From a virus (taxonomy: Duplodnaviria; Heunggongvirae; Uroviricota; Caudoviricetes): a DNA stretch of 64,000 nt. Both the position numbers and the translations under genes were made by a program. Every line of letters begins with the position of its first letter. Position 1 is the first letter of the stretch. Below are positions 45,511 to 55,864 of the stretch, one piece after another. Under the pieces are notes generated by a model that was not told the DNA's origin, searched no databases, and saw only the letters and a list, made by a program, of their open reading frames with translations. Location: the IMG/VR virus record IMGVR_UViG_3300008110_000029, one strand, 5' to 3'.

Positions 45511-46314
45511 ATGATCAAAGGTATAAACGAACAACCCTACTTTAACATGGAACCATATTTGGATATGGCCAAGTTTGAGCAACTACAACCTGAAATTTTA
45601 ACTGGTTTTGCTCTAGCACGAGAAAATGCTAAAGAAGGCACTTGGATGAAGCCCGGTTTTAATTTTGATAATATGAGTTATAAACTAAGCTGGAAACCAA
45701 TATATCAAGCCATGGATGAATTTATGGAGTTGCCTAAAGATGATCCTATATATCAAACCGGCATAAAACTAATGCCTACAGATTTTAAAAACTTCCAACA
45801 GCGTAATAAGTTTACTCGTTATTTGAAAATGGCAATGGGTGCCTACGATCCTTACATTTACTATTACTTGTGGGAAGAAGGCTCATGGGATGATCGAACA
45901 GCACCACGCAAACTAACTCCAGAAGCAGAACATTTTCCTAACGTAGTTAAGTGGGTTGAAAGCCTAGTAGGCACAGTGTTCAAAGACATTGGCCGTGTTA
46001 TATTCTTCCATTGTGAAGCCGATGGCATTCCGTTTGAACACAGAGACTTAGATGCTAAGAATGGTATCGATGTTGTTAAGCCACATTGCAACGAGTTTAT
46101 ACATGTTCGACCAAATACAAAAAAAGCCATGTACTTATGGGATCCAGAAACAAAAAATAAAACATATCTTAATACTAGAGCCGCCTGGTGGAATGACGTA
46201 GATTGGCATGGCGGAGAACGTATTATGGAACAGAGCTATAGCCTACGCATTGACGGCAAATTTACAGAAGCATTTCGTAAACAACTAGGAGTAGATCACC
46301 TTGACAGCTATTGA
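45511..46314 (+). CDS. Cupin-like protein, aspartyl/asparaginyl-beta-hydroxylase-like paralog family ('HxD...WHGG')
   Basis: 'IPFEHRDLDAKN' (H-x-D) and 'WWNDVDWHGGERI' (second His). Shared with the 60.1-63.6 kb array. Confidence 0.4.
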   Translation: MIKGINEQPYFNMEPYLDMAKFEQLQPEILTGFALARENAKEGTWMKPGFNFDNMSYKLSWKPIYQAMDEFMELPKDDPIYQTGIKLMPTDFKNFQQRNKFTRYLKMAMGAYDPYIYYYLWEEGSWDDRTAPRKLTPEAEHFPNVVKWVESLVGTVFKDIGRVIFFHCEADGIPFEHRDLDAKNGIDVVKPHCNEFIHVRPNTKKAMYLWDPETKNKTYLNTRAAWWNDVDWHGGERIMEQSYSLRIDGKFTEAFRKQLGVDHLDSY

Positions 46315-46876
46315 TCACGGCATATTTTCACTAGACATTGTAGATAATCTTGCAGTAATGGAATTTAATCCGGAGGGTGATAGATATCCCGATGACCTAG
46401 TTAATGAAGTATATACTAGAGAATGTAGATATCTTGAAAGATTGTCAAGGTATTCTTGGGCACCGCAGAACATACATCTATTAAAACCATTCAGACAAAT
46501 ATGTTTTGAATGGTATGGTAATACCTGTGAGGATTGGTTACCGAAGGATTATAAAGAACAGTTAGAGCAAATAGTATCTGATTTGCATAAAGAACAAATA
46601 TATAAACCTAGCTTTTATCCCAAGTACTTCTACTCAGATAAGAATGGACAACTACATGCATATGCATTTTATAGTTCTAGCGATTATAGCGAACAGCCCA
46701 TACATATGGACTTCTATAAACCTATATTGAATCCTAGACGTGAAGAGCTTGTTAATTTCTTGCTAGGAGATAGCAAGACACTAGATATGGGTTTACTTGT
46801 TGAAAGAGCGTTTACGGACTATATTAAATGGCCAGAAGATGCATTAAAAGAAATTTATAATAAAGTTTATAGATAG
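46301..46876 (+). CDS. Hypothetical protein, paralog of 44798..45502
   Basis: Shared 'NGQL...Y.F' segment. Confidence 0.3.
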   Translation: MTAIDHGIFSLDIVDNLAVMEFNPEGDRYPDDLVNEVYTRECRYLERLSRYSWAPQNIHLLKPFRQICFEWYGNTCEDWLPKDYKEQLEQIVSDLHKEQIYKPSFYPKYFYSDKNGQLHAYAFYSSSDYSEQPIHMDFYKPILNPRREELVNFLLGDSKTLDMGLLVERAFTDYIKWPEDALKEIYNKVYR

Positions 46877-47124
46877 TCTTTTTCTTTTTCTATCATCATT
46901 AACACAAAGGTATTAATATTTTTCCAAGATTTAATAAATTCTTCGTTATTATCTAACCATTGTTTAAATTCATCACTTTCTAAATAATCTTTATAATCTA
47001 CATGGTCAATGTTTTTTATAAATTTGCTAATGCTATACATAATATCAGCCGGAGTATCCATTTCGTTTGTCATTGCAATTATGTTATAAATTTCTTCTTG
47101 AAGATTATTCATAAGAATTAACAA
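46867..47124 (-). CDS. Hypothetical acidic protein (85 aa)
   Basis: ORF coupled to the downstream rSAM gene. Confidence 0.3.
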   Translation of the reverse strand: MLILMNNLQEEIYNIIAMTNEMDTPADIMYSISKFIKNIDHVDYKDYLESDEFKQWLDNNEEFIKSWKNINTFVLMMIEKEKDYL

Positions 47125-48898
47125 TTAATAAATTTTTTAAAGAACCTCTACGTCTCATAGAAACTAAACTTAAACCTTTAATATCTTTAATTTTTGGAAC
47201 AACCTCGTAAAATACATTTTCTTTTTTCTTATTAACTATATCGCAACTGCCTTGTATTCTAATAGGATATGTATGCTCAATATCGAATATAAAAGTTGAT
47301 TGAAGATCAATCACCCATTGTGGTATATTATTAAACTTTTTTGAAAAATCAATAACTTTTCTTATCAATTCGTGACGATGATCGTATAACCATTCATTAC
47401 TTCGTTTGTGTAATATGTGTCCCGGTCCGTCATCTATTTTTCCAAAAGTTAAAAACTGTCGAACAAGATTTTTCATTTTATCATATTCTTGTTTTGTTAA
47501 CGGATCAGTTTTTAAAAATTCATAAAAATCATCATAAAACTGTTGATATGAAATATCATTATTAACTCTTAAATATCTTGAAATAATTTGAGAGTATCCA
47601 GTAAAGTGAAATTTTGTTATCATCCATCCGTACATATATCCATCGACCATTTCTTCTCTGGACATCGTTTTAGTTTCGCAAATTATTTCTATAGTTTCTG
47701 AAATGCCGTCGTTCGTTTCGCTATGCATGTCGATATAATCATGACACTTAACTGCTTTTATTCCATGCATCAGTCTGCTGGTAGCAGAAGCAAGTTCGCT
47801 ATTTGTCAACAGTTGAGTCCAATACATTTCAACTACATTGTGTTGTCCTAATTCAATTACTCGAGTAAATCCCTCTTTCCAGCTCTTTAAAGTTTCATTA
47901 GGCATTCCCAGAATTAATTCTGTATAAGTGGGAACATTATATTTTGTACTCATTTCTAACAATTCTTCTAAATTGTTTGTAGGTAAATTTTTACGTTTTA
48001 TGGCATCTAAAGTATCTTCATTGAAACTTTGCAATGCAATAGAAACTCCTAAATATTTTGGTCCCAAAACCTGCCCAATCATAAAAATATTTTCCGTACT
48101 ATTTTTTGCAGTAATAATACTCATTACTTCTACTTTTGGGTTACTATCTGTTACTTCTCTTAATTTTTTAGCAATCTCTAAATCTCTTTCTTTGAATATT
48201 CCAAAGTTTGCATCTGCGAGATATACATAAGAAATTGGTCGATCTCGTATCCACTCTATTTCGCTATAAATTTTTTCAAGTTCAAATTTAGCAACTTTAC
48301 TGTAAGTAAGACTGCCCCAATCGCAAAATGTGCAGGAATATGGACAACCCCGATTGGTTTCTAATGTCATAGCCCAAACTGCATTCGGATTTTCTTCTAT
48401 GATTTTATCAAATATTCCTGTTGTGTATGGACTTGGAATAACTGATAAATCCTTCATGCGTTTTTTTGGCATGAATTTTTCGATAGGTTGTTGATTTTTT
48501 ATTCTTCTTAATATTTCAACAAATGTTTCTTCGCCTTCGGCCTGGACTATTGAATCAATAAAATCGTATTCTAAAAACCCAGAATTAACTTCCGGCCCCC
48601 CAAAAACAATAACACACGAAGGCCATTTTTCTTTAATTTGTTTTGCAAATTCTAAACAATAAAGGCGATTCCACATATAACAACTAAACCCACATAATGA
48701 CGGATTTTCAATTTTAGATATGGCATCTTCTATTTTTTCTCTTTTAAAAATCAAACCAGCCAGCGTAAAATTTTCTGCAATTTCTGGATATTGAATAGCA
48801 TAACACCAAATGGTTCCAACACTATAAGGTATCCAATGATTGGCTTGTCCGTTGATTACTGCTGTATATTGTGGTTGTAAAAGATAAACGTTAAACAT
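47105..48898 (-). CDS. B12-binding radical-SAM enzyme, copy 3
   Basis: 597 aa. N-terminal B12-binding-like region. 'ETNRGCPYSCTFCDWGSL' is a Cys-x3-Cys-x2-Cys motif. Confidence 0.75.
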   Translation of the reverse strand: MFNVYLLQPQYTAVINGQANHWIPYSVGTIWCYAIQYPEIAENFTLAGLIFKREKIEDAISKIENPSLCGFSCYMWNRLYCLEFAKQIKEKWPSCVIVFGGPEVNSGFLEYDFIDSIVQAEGEETFVEILRRIKNQQPIEKFMPKKRMKDLSVIPSPYTTGIFDKIIEENPNAVWAMTLETNRGCPYSCTFCDWGSLTYSKVAKFELEKIYSEIEWIRDRPISYVYLADANFGIFKERDLEIAKKLREVTDSNPKVEVMSIITAKNSTENIFMIGQVLGPKYLGVSIALQSFNEDTLDAIKRKNLPTNNLEELLEMSTKYNVPTYTELILGMPNETLKSWKEGFTRVIELGQHNVVEMYWTQLLTNSELASATSRLMHGIKAVKCHDYIDMHSETNDGISETIEIICETKTMSREEMVDGYMYGWMITKFHFTGYSQIISRYLRVNNDISYQQFYDDFYEFLKTDPLTKQEYDKMKNLVRQFLTFGKIDDGPGHILHKRSNEWLYDHRHELIRKVIDFSKKFNNIPQWVIDLQSTFIFDIEHTYPIRIQGSCDIVNKKKENVFYEVVPKIKDIKGLSLVSMRRRGSLKNLLIVNSYE

Positions 48899-50774
48899 AT
48901 TTTTTCACTAACTTTTTAATATTTAATAATATGTTATCTGAAGAATTTAGCAGAATCATATCAAGGTTATGATTATAGTTATCATTAACATAATCTAATT
49001 CCTGATATAGTGATTTTTGATCATTTTTAAAAAAAATTAATTTTTTAATAACTGCATTTGCTCTTTCAACTGGATCTTTAATTTTATCAATTTCTAATGT
49101 TGATTTTGAAAATTTAAAATTAAATTTTTCTTCCAAAGCATGGCATAGATTATATGTAGCTAAAGGTAAGATAATTTGCCCTAGTAAAATAGGTCTTAAA
49201 ATTTTTTCACTGTGTGTTATGATATTTTGAACAAAAAAGGTCTCAGTGACAACATTAATCGGCGCCATAAACATTTGATCATTGTAAAAATTTGAAACAA
49301 AATATTCGTGCGTACCGTGGGTTAATTTAAAATTTGGTATTTCTAAATTGTCTATCTTAATAGGAAGAAGTTTATTAATTTGATTTAATTCTTCCTCAGA
49401 GACATTTAAATTAAATTTTTCACATATTTTTAAAAATCTTAAATTATAATTTTTTTGATGCATGGATAAAATTCCATCGTCTAATAGATTATTTTTCCAC
49501 AGTAGGTAAAATATTAATTCTCTATTCCAGCGACGCTGTCTATTAAAAGAGTTGAATAAATGTGTGTGGCGGTATTGTTTCCTAATTTCTTGGAATGTTG
49601 TTCTAAAAAACATTTCTGGATCAGAAGAAGATTTAAAAAATAACATTGTAAAATTTAATAGAACTTTTCCGTACAATAGGTTGTCAACACAAGATACTGC
49701 AAATTTAGGTTTAGTCTTTAAAGCTCTAGCCCATTTTCTAAAACTTGATTTAATTGAAAAATCATTGTCAATATACTCTAATGTATTTGGAGTAACAAGA
49801 TTATGATAAACAGTTAAAAATTCATATACTGGCTGATATTCTGGAGATTCAATAATTCTATCTTCAATAAGTTTAACCGCGGGTTCCATTCCATGAAAAA
49901 ATATATGATGTTTAAATGATTTAATAAATTCTAAATCTCTAAGGATAGTCGATGGGATGTCAATAGAAAATCCGCTAAACATATTAAAAACAATAACAGA
50001 TACGTTAGTGGATAATTGTTTTATTTTTTCACTTATTATGTTATCTGTAAAAATATCATTTCCGTCAATGTCTTTTGCCGAAACAATTAATTTTCCGTTG
50101 ATCCAATTAAAAACTAAGGTATTTTTTATTTCCCCATCGAGGTGATTAGCTCTTTGATCTGTTTGTAAAATTTTTATATCATGATCAGTTAAACTTAAAC
50201 TTAATAATGGGGGACGAATCTCAACTCCGTGCTTCCATGTATGATGATACGTAACATTATTTGGTTTTGTACTGTCAGTAGACCAATCACTTGTTTTACC
50301 GGCAGTCCATAGATGAATAATTTTTGTAGGTAATTTTGATAAAATTTCGTCGTCGAAATATCTTAATGCAGAAATATATTCAAGTTCCTCTTTTTCCCAA
50401 TTAAACAATTCATTATAATATAATTGAGCAGCTTTCCATACTTTCCAATATAATGGATTAAATGTATGAAATTTTGGATTAATTGCATCTGCACTATTTA
50501 GTCTTCTTACTTTTTTATGATATAATCGACCCGGTAAACTCCATACAAATACAGATATATCGGGAACTTTATTTTGGTCTATTAATGGTTTTAGCTGTGT
50601 TAGATAACAATCCCATATGCCCGACCCTCCATATCCAAGATTTACTATATCACAAGAATAATGTTTTTTTAATTTTTTTATATAGGTGTCATACCTAAAC
50701 CATAAGCTATGATGATTTTCTATCTCTGCGCAAAAGCTATCTCCAAAGAATCCTATAGTATTATATTTTTGCAT
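48891..50774 (-). CDS. Large hypothetical protein (627 aa) with N-terminal SGNH-hydrolase-like motif
   Basis: 'TIGFFGDSFCAEIE' is GDS-type block I. The rest is unassigned. Confidence 0.4.
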   Translation of the reverse strand: MQKYNTIGFFGDSFCAEIENHHSLWFRYDTYIKKLKKHYSCDIVNLGYGGSGIWDCYLTQLKPLIDQNKVPDISVFVWSLPGRLYHKKVRRLNSADAINPKFHTFNPLYWKVWKAAQLYYNELFNWEKEELEYISALRYFDDEILSKLPTKIIHLWTAGKTSDWSTDSTKPNNVTYHHTWKHGVEIRPPLLSLSLTDHDIKILQTDQRANHLDGEIKNTLVFNWINGKLIVSAKDIDGNDIFTDNIISEKIKQLSTNVSVIVFNMFSGFSIDIPSTILRDLEFIKSFKHHIFFHGMEPAVKLIEDRIIESPEYQPVYEFLTVYHNLVTPNTLEYIDNDFSIKSSFRKWARALKTKPKFAVSCVDNLLYGKVLLNFTMLFFKSSSDPEMFFRTTFQEIRKQYRHTHLFNSFNRQRRWNRELIFYLLWKNNLLDDGILSMHQKNYNLRFLKICEKFNLNVSEEELNQINKLLPIKIDNLEIPNFKLTHGTHEYFVSNFYNDQMFMAPINVVTETFFVQNIITHSEKILRPILLGQIILPLATYNLCHALEEKFNFKFSKSTLEIDKIKDPVERANAVIKKLIFFKNDQKSLYQELDYVNDNYNHNLDMILLNSSDNILLNIKKLVKKYV

Positions 50775-51822
50775 CTTTTGTGTTTACATATAAGGTAAAT
50801 TTTGCATCCAAGTCAACTGAACATGCTCCGGAGCAAACAAGCAATCTTCCTTCTGAAAATTTCTTAGTCCAACTCCTTTCTAGTTCTAGATAAAATTCAC
50901 TGTTTAAAATATCATTCCAGTTGTGCGAAGATAATTTTAACTTATCTCCTCCGTAGGTTGTCCATAATTTATAGTACCCGTCCGGATCTGTCGGGTTCAA
51001 TGTAAATTTTGCGCCTGCTATAAAACAACACGGTAATAGATGTGTGTCGGCATCAATGTATAATTCGTCCTTTTCTAATGACTGACATTTTATACAAGAC
51101 TTCTCGGAATTCTCTCCCCACTCTTCAGTTGATTTTTTATCAAGTTTTAGCAGTATTGATTTTTCTTCTTCTATGGTTGGAGGTTCTAATCTTTTTCCGT
51201 CGGCACCAAACGTTTCTCTTCCAAAAAGTTCTTCAACAAAGAATCTATTATTATAGATAGTAAAGAAATTCTTAAATCCCATTTGTTGAGAAAAATTTCT
51301 AGCTTCTTCAATTTGTTTTTCGTTATGTTTAAAAACAATAAATTGCCACCAGGCATGTCCGCCTGCATCAATAAATGCTTTCACATTCTCCATTAATTTA
51401 TTCCACTTCACATTTACTCGATAAATCCAATTTGTATTTTCTAGCCCGTCAATGCCAAAAATAACTATATCAGTCTGATCTAATACAGATGCTAATTCTT
51501 TCCACCATTCGACGGATCTCAATCCTCCGTTTGTTGCTATAGTTAATTTTATATTCGGATTTTTCTTTTTTATTATTCTGCAAACATCTATAAAATTAGG
51601 TGCCGCACACGGATCTCCCATTGTTCCACAAAAATTTATTCTTTCTAAATCATTATAAATTTGATCTGGTATTCTTTCTTCATAGAATTCTGTTGGGATA
51701 TAAGTTTGTTTAAAAAAGCTATGATCTCCTTCGTACCATTCTCTGAGACATTGTGGACAGGCAGCATTACAAATCGTGCTAGTTTCAATTTGTATATTTT
51801 TAATTTTATTGTATTTGGCCAT
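50761..51822 (-). CDS. Radical-SAM enzyme with C-terminal SPASM/twitch-like Cys cluster
   Basis: 'IETSTICNAACPQCLREW' at the N-terminus. The C-terminal 'CIKCQS...LLPCCF...LLVCSGACS' provides auxiliary-cluster cysteines. Confidence 0.7.
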   Translation of the reverse strand: MAKYNKIKNIQIETSTICNAACPQCLREWYEGDHSFFKQTYIPTEFYEERIPDQIYNDLERINFCGTMGDPCAAPNFIDVCRIIKKKNPNIKLTIATNGGLRSVEWWKELASVLDQTDIVIFGIDGLENTNWIYRVNVKWNKLMENVKAFIDAGGHAWWQFIVFKHNEKQIEEARNFSQQMGFKNFFTIYNNRFFVEELFGRETFGADGKRLEPPTIEEEKSILLKLDKKSTEEWGENSEKSCIKCQSLEKDELYIDADTHLLPCCFIAGAKFTLNPTDPDGYYKLWTTYGGDKLKLSSHNWNDILNSEFYLELERSWTKKFSEGRLLVCSGACSVDLDAKFTLYVNTKDAKI

Positions 51823-52444
51823 ATATAATTGCTACTTGTAGAAAATCAGTATTTCCCTCGATAATTAGATTTAATTTTGTATCTAAAATCTGCTGTCTTA
51901 ATTCGTCGGCATTGAATGCTGCTAAGAGCGAATTGTAATAATCGTTTTTAAATAATTCGCTATCTTTTTCAGCCAATTGACCAACAATTTTTTTTGCAAT
52001 ATCTTTGTTTTTAGGACGAACCAAATCCATAATGAATACATTGTTTGAAATATTCTTTACACAGTTCCAAAAAATATTAGAATCATGTATGTGATGAAGT
52101 GTATTAGTTGATATTACGCAATCAGCAGAATCTTTAACATTTTTAAAATATTCGCATCTTAATCGTACTCCACTACTGATATTTTCTACAATAGTTTGTC
52201 CAAGTTCTATCATATACTCACTCGCGTCATAGCCGGTTATTAATAGGTCTGGATATTGCGTCTCTAATGCAAATAGATACGATCCAGTACCACATCCCAA
52301 ATCGACTACTTTACCTTTTTTGAGATTGACATATTTTTTATAAAAGTCAAGAAATCCCTTGATTCCATAATCTCTACTACCGTGATGAAACGCCAATACT
52401 TGATTTTTTTCATTCATTATTTCTGGTTCTAAATGACGTTGCAT
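51806..52444 (-). CDS. Class-I SAM-dependent methyltransferase
   Basis: 'KVVDLGCGTGSYLF' motif I. An acidic residue follows beta-2 ('ITGYDASEYM'). Confidence 0.7.
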   Translation of the reverse strand: MQRHLEPEIMNEKNQVLAFHHGSRDYGIKGFLDFYKKYVNLKKGKVVDLGCGTGSYLFALETQYPDLLITGYDASEYMIELGQTIVENISSGVRLRCEYFKNVKDSADCVISTNTLHHIHDSNIFWNCVKNISNNVFIMDLVRPKNKDIAKKIVGQLAEKDSELFKNDYYNSLLAAFNADELRQQILDTKLNLIIEGNTDFLQVAIIYGQIQ

Positions 52445-53031
52445 ATATTGGATCCTATAATAATTCTATCTTCATTCGAAAGATTGGGTTGAGTTTTATG
52501 ATTTATATACCCGGGAAATATTATTAACATTCCTGTTTTCACGGTAATTTCTTGCTCAAATGATTTGTAACGCATTTGATCAAAATCATATGGCTGGTGT
52601 TTTAGCAAGATAGCATTGGGATGTTCGAATATAATATTTCCACCATTTGTAGGATGCTGAAGATAAAAACTAGCAGTCATGTGTATAGGACTATGATTAT
52701 GCATATCAATAAATGATTCTTGTTCGTATCGATTCACCCACATTTCATAAACACCTGGTTTACCTGATTTACTATATCCTAATCTGTTCCAATATGTTCC
52801 TGCTTCTTTGTTTATAAATTCAGTTAATTCAATAAAGGATGGATCTAAATTTAAATCTCGTTTTATGTTATATGAACATATACCTTTTCCGCGTATGCTC
52901 GATTGATTATTCTTTTTGGTTTCTTCAAACCACGGTTGTATCTTAGGGAATAACATATTCTGAAGTTGTTTAATATCTCCAGAATACTCTGCTGTATGAA
53001 TCAGTATGGGAAAAATTTCTTTAGTTGGCAT
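52429..53031 (-). CDS. Cupin-like protein (putative Fe(II) oxygenase/hydroxylase)
   Basis: His-rich 'MHNHSPIHMTASF' and 'IIFPGYINHKTQPN' suggest a double-stranded beta-helix metal site. Confidence 0.3.
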   Translation of the reverse strand: MPTKEIFPILIHTAEYSGDIKQLQNMLFPKIQPWFEETKKNNQSSIRGKGICSYNIKRDLNLDPSFIELTEFINKEAGTYWNRLGYSKSGKPGVYEMWVNRYEQESFIDMHNHSPIHMTASFYLQHPTNGGNIIFEHPNAILLKHQPYDFDQMRYKSFEQEITVKTGMLIIFPGYINHKTQPNLSNEDRIIIGSNICNVI

Positions 53032-53048
53032 AAGTCTATAAATACCGC

Positions 53049-53681
53049 ATGTATCTTACTTATGTTGACTTACCGCCCGTACCAAAATATATTAGAGATC
53101 AAATAATTCACATAGTAGAACACCCTATTCATAATTTTCAAAACTCGGCATCATTCGTCGAATATGCTAGAAAAAATCTAAACATAGAAGCAAGCCAAGA
53201 AATTATTGATGCTATTGTTGGTATAGAATATAATTCGCAGGATTCTTTGGGTTATCATTTATCTGATGCTTTCAAATATTTTGATGATCTAGCAAATTTT
53301 GATTTTTTAGAAGTTAACGATGAAATTAAAAAATGGGTTAGAGAGAATATCGATCTTGATGTAATACACATTAGCATACAATCAATGCATAGTGGAAAAA
53401 CAATCACCCCACACATTGATGAAATGAGAAATTACGCTTACAATTATATCATAGAAACAGGAGGAGATAAAACCTCCACATGTTTTTGGACTCCAAAGGT
53501 AGAATACAGTCATTTAAAAACATATGCTCAAACAGTATTTCCATATGACAGATTAGATTTAGTAGAAAAAATTAAAATAAAAGAATGCGCCTGGCACAAA
53601 CTAGATACTAAAACTATTCATAGTGTAGAAAATTTAGATCCACATAAAAAAAGAATTTCGTTGTCACTGAGTTTTTTATGA
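53049..53681 (+). CDS. Cupin-like protein, 'HxD...H' paralog family
   Basis: 'ITPHIDEMRNY' (H-x-D) and 'KTIHSVENL'. Confidence 0.35.
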   Translation: MYLTYVDLPPVPKYIRDQIIHIVEHPIHNFQNSASFVEYARKNLNIEASQEIIDAIVGIEYNSQDSLGYHLSDAFKYFDDLANFDFLEVNDEIKKWVRENIDLDVIHISIQSMHSGKTITPHIDEMRNYAYNYIIETGGDKTSTCFWTPKVEYSHLKTYAQTVFPYDRLDLVEKIKIKECAWHKLDTKTIHSVENLDPHKKRISLSLSFL

Positions 53682-54862
53682 CCAATATTATATTTCCCTA
53701 TTCAAAAAATAATCAACAACCGATTCGTAAAATAGAAGAATATACTGACTATGGGTTTATCGAAAATGGTAATCAGTATTTAGATCTAAGTTTGGGTGCC
53801 TGCGGTTGTTTTCCCCTAGGATTTAAAAGAAAAGACATTATTGATTTCGTATCTCTTAGAATGATCAATAATCCATTTTGCGGCGGAGAATTCTACACAA
53901 CAAATGATGCTGTGTTAGAATTAACCGATCGAATTAGTAAAATGAGCGGAGGATACAAAAGTGCATTTGCATTGAGTGGAAGCGATGCGATCGAAGGAGC
54001 ACTAAGGTTAGCTCAAATGTATAACAAAAAAAATAAATTTTTGGGATTTCGAAAATCTTATCATGGAAGTACATTTTTAAGTAGCAGTGTCAGTGATGCT
54101 ACTTATATGACAGATGTATTCGGAAAAGATTCAAGATGTGTCATCAGCGATTACAACTTAGAGATGATTACTGAAGATTTATGTGCCGTAGTTGTAGAAA
54201 CTGCCAGTTGGCAAAACGGATTATACGATCCTGGTGAAAACTTTTGGAACGGGCTTAGAGAAGAATGCACTCGCAAAAATATAGTTCTTATTGTTGATGA
54301 CATCGCCGTGTGCGGAGGAAAGACTGGTTCTTTTTTTGGTTGGACTGGAAGAATAATTCCAGATATTTTTACAATGGGTAAAGCATTAACCGGAGGTTAT
54401 TTTCCTCTCAGTGCCGTTTGTGCTAATCAAAAAATATTTGATAAAATTAAATATGATGTTTTTGTGCATGGCTTTAGTTACAGTTTCAATCTAAGTGGGA
54501 TTTATTCTGCATTAGAATATATGAATATATTAGATCGAGAACAGTTATTAATTAATCAACCTAAATTAGAAAGATGGGGGAAATTAATGTGTCAGCGATT
54601 TAAAGACAAAGAATTAATTAAGGATTATAATAATTATGGACTTTTATTTAATCTAGTATTACTAAACGAAAAGCCCATGGACAGTACATTTGAAAGATTT
54701 TTATATCAATATGGGATTAATGCCGGAATGTGGAACGAAGGTGGAACTGGAGTTTTGTTTGTTATTCCTCTCGATGCACCTTCCGATTGGTTTGAAGACA
54801 TTGAATATCGATTTTTACAAGCCTTAACTGATTACAGATCGATTTCTACCCTCACGAGATAG
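53678..54862 (+). CDS. PLP-dependent aminotransferase, class III
   Basis: 'VLIVDDIAVCGGKTGSFFGW' parallels 'DEVQTGFGRTG'. 'FTMGKALTGGYFPLSA' contains the PLP-Lys. Confidence 0.78.
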   Translation: MTNIIFPYSKNNQQPIRKIEEYTDYGFIENGNQYLDLSLGACGCFPLGFKRKDIIDFVSLRMINNPFCGGEFYTTNDAVLELTDRISKMSGGYKSAFALSGSDAIEGALRLAQMYNKKNKFLGFRKSYHGSTFLSSSVSDATYMTDVFGKDSRCVISDYNLEMITEDLCAVVVETASWQNGLYDPGENFWNGLREECTRKNIVLIVDDIAVCGGKTGSFFGWTGRIIPDIFTMGKALTGGYFPLSAVCANQKIFDKIKYDVFVHGFSYSFNLSGIYSALEYMNILDREQLLINQPKLERWGKLMCQRFKDKELIKDYNNYGLLFNLVLLNEKPMDSTFERFLYQYGINAGMWNEGGTGVLFVIPLDAPSDWFEDIEYRFLQALTDYRSISTLTR

Positions 54863-55864
54863 ATCCAAAGTTAAACAGTGGATTCCTGCTTCCCAGAATA
54901 ATCCGTGGCGTTGTGGTACTACATGACAGTTAATGCTGTAACGTTCCATGACTTTAAAAATACCGGGCTGATGATTGCTGAATAAAATATTGTTGCTGTC
55001 AATAACTAAAACATTACTATCAAAAAACACTTCTTGTGCATACCCTTTCCATTCGGTTAGCCACTTATCGATCCAAGCATCACTAAATTTGCCTGTTGTG
55101 TTTCGATAGTCATTGATAAATTTTGTATCGTCGAATTTCTCAAAATGATCTTGTAGCTCTACTATCTGCTTATTATGCAACGGTTCTGGTACCCAAGTTT
55201 TGTTTACGCAAAAAATTAGATCATCGTTAGTCATAAACCATCCGTGATCTATGTGTCCAAAACCTTTCTGATGTGTATTGCCTGCATCAATAATAGTATT
55301 TTCTGGAAGATTACGTTTCATCCATTCGAGTCCAAGAGTATTTCCCGGTCCTTTGATATTAGTAATTAATTTGTCTCCGCACTTAAACATTGTAGCTGTA
55401 TGCCATAGAACTTGATTCTTTAATTGCTCGTGATAGACATATTCACCGTTTGCCCACCATCTATCTACTAGTGTATCTAATTTTGGTGGAGGCATGCTTA
55501 TCCAATTATAACCTCTATCAAAAAATTCCTTAAAAATATGTGTGTAATTTATGCTGTCTAAATATCTATCAGGCATACTAGTATATGTTTGATAGATGGT
55601 ATTTCCATAAACTAGATATTGATCTCGGGGAACAATAGGAGCAGTTGCATATTTAATTTTAAAATTGCTTAGATCAATATCTTCTTTAAAATAGGTTACA
55701 TCGGGACGATATACTTTAATTCCCATTTTAATCAAATAGTCTGCTAGATTATCTAAATCTTCTTTAGTTTCGATAAAAATTTGAGATAATTTATTTCGAC
55801 TATGATCAACAAAACAGTTACCTACTATAATTTCTTTAAGCGGATCCCAATTAGTATAAATCAT
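54824..55864 (-). CDS. Amidinotransferase-superfamily enzyme (guanidino-group modifying)
   Basis: 'TNWDPLKEIIVG' at the N-terminus and a C-terminal catalytic-Cys context 'EAGIHCLTLD', as in glycine/inosamine amidinotransferases. Confidence 0.55.
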   Translation of the reverse strand: MIYTNWDPLKEIIVGNCFVDHSRNKLSQIFIETKEDLDNLADYLIKMGIKVYRPDVTYFKEDIDLSNFKIKYATAPIVPRDQYLVYGNTIYQTYTSMPDRYLDSINYTHIFKEFFDRGYNWISMPPPKLDTLVDRWWANGEYVYHEQLKNQVLWHTATMFKCGDKLITNIKGPGNTLGLEWMKRNLPENTIIDAGNTHQKGFGHIDHGWFMTNDDLIFCVNKTWVPEPLHNKQIVELQDHFEKFDDTKFINDYRNTTGKFSDAWIDKWLTEWKGYAQEVFFDSNVLVIDSNNILFSNHQPGIFKVMERYSINCHVVPQRHGLFWEAGIHCLTLDLSREGRNRSVIS

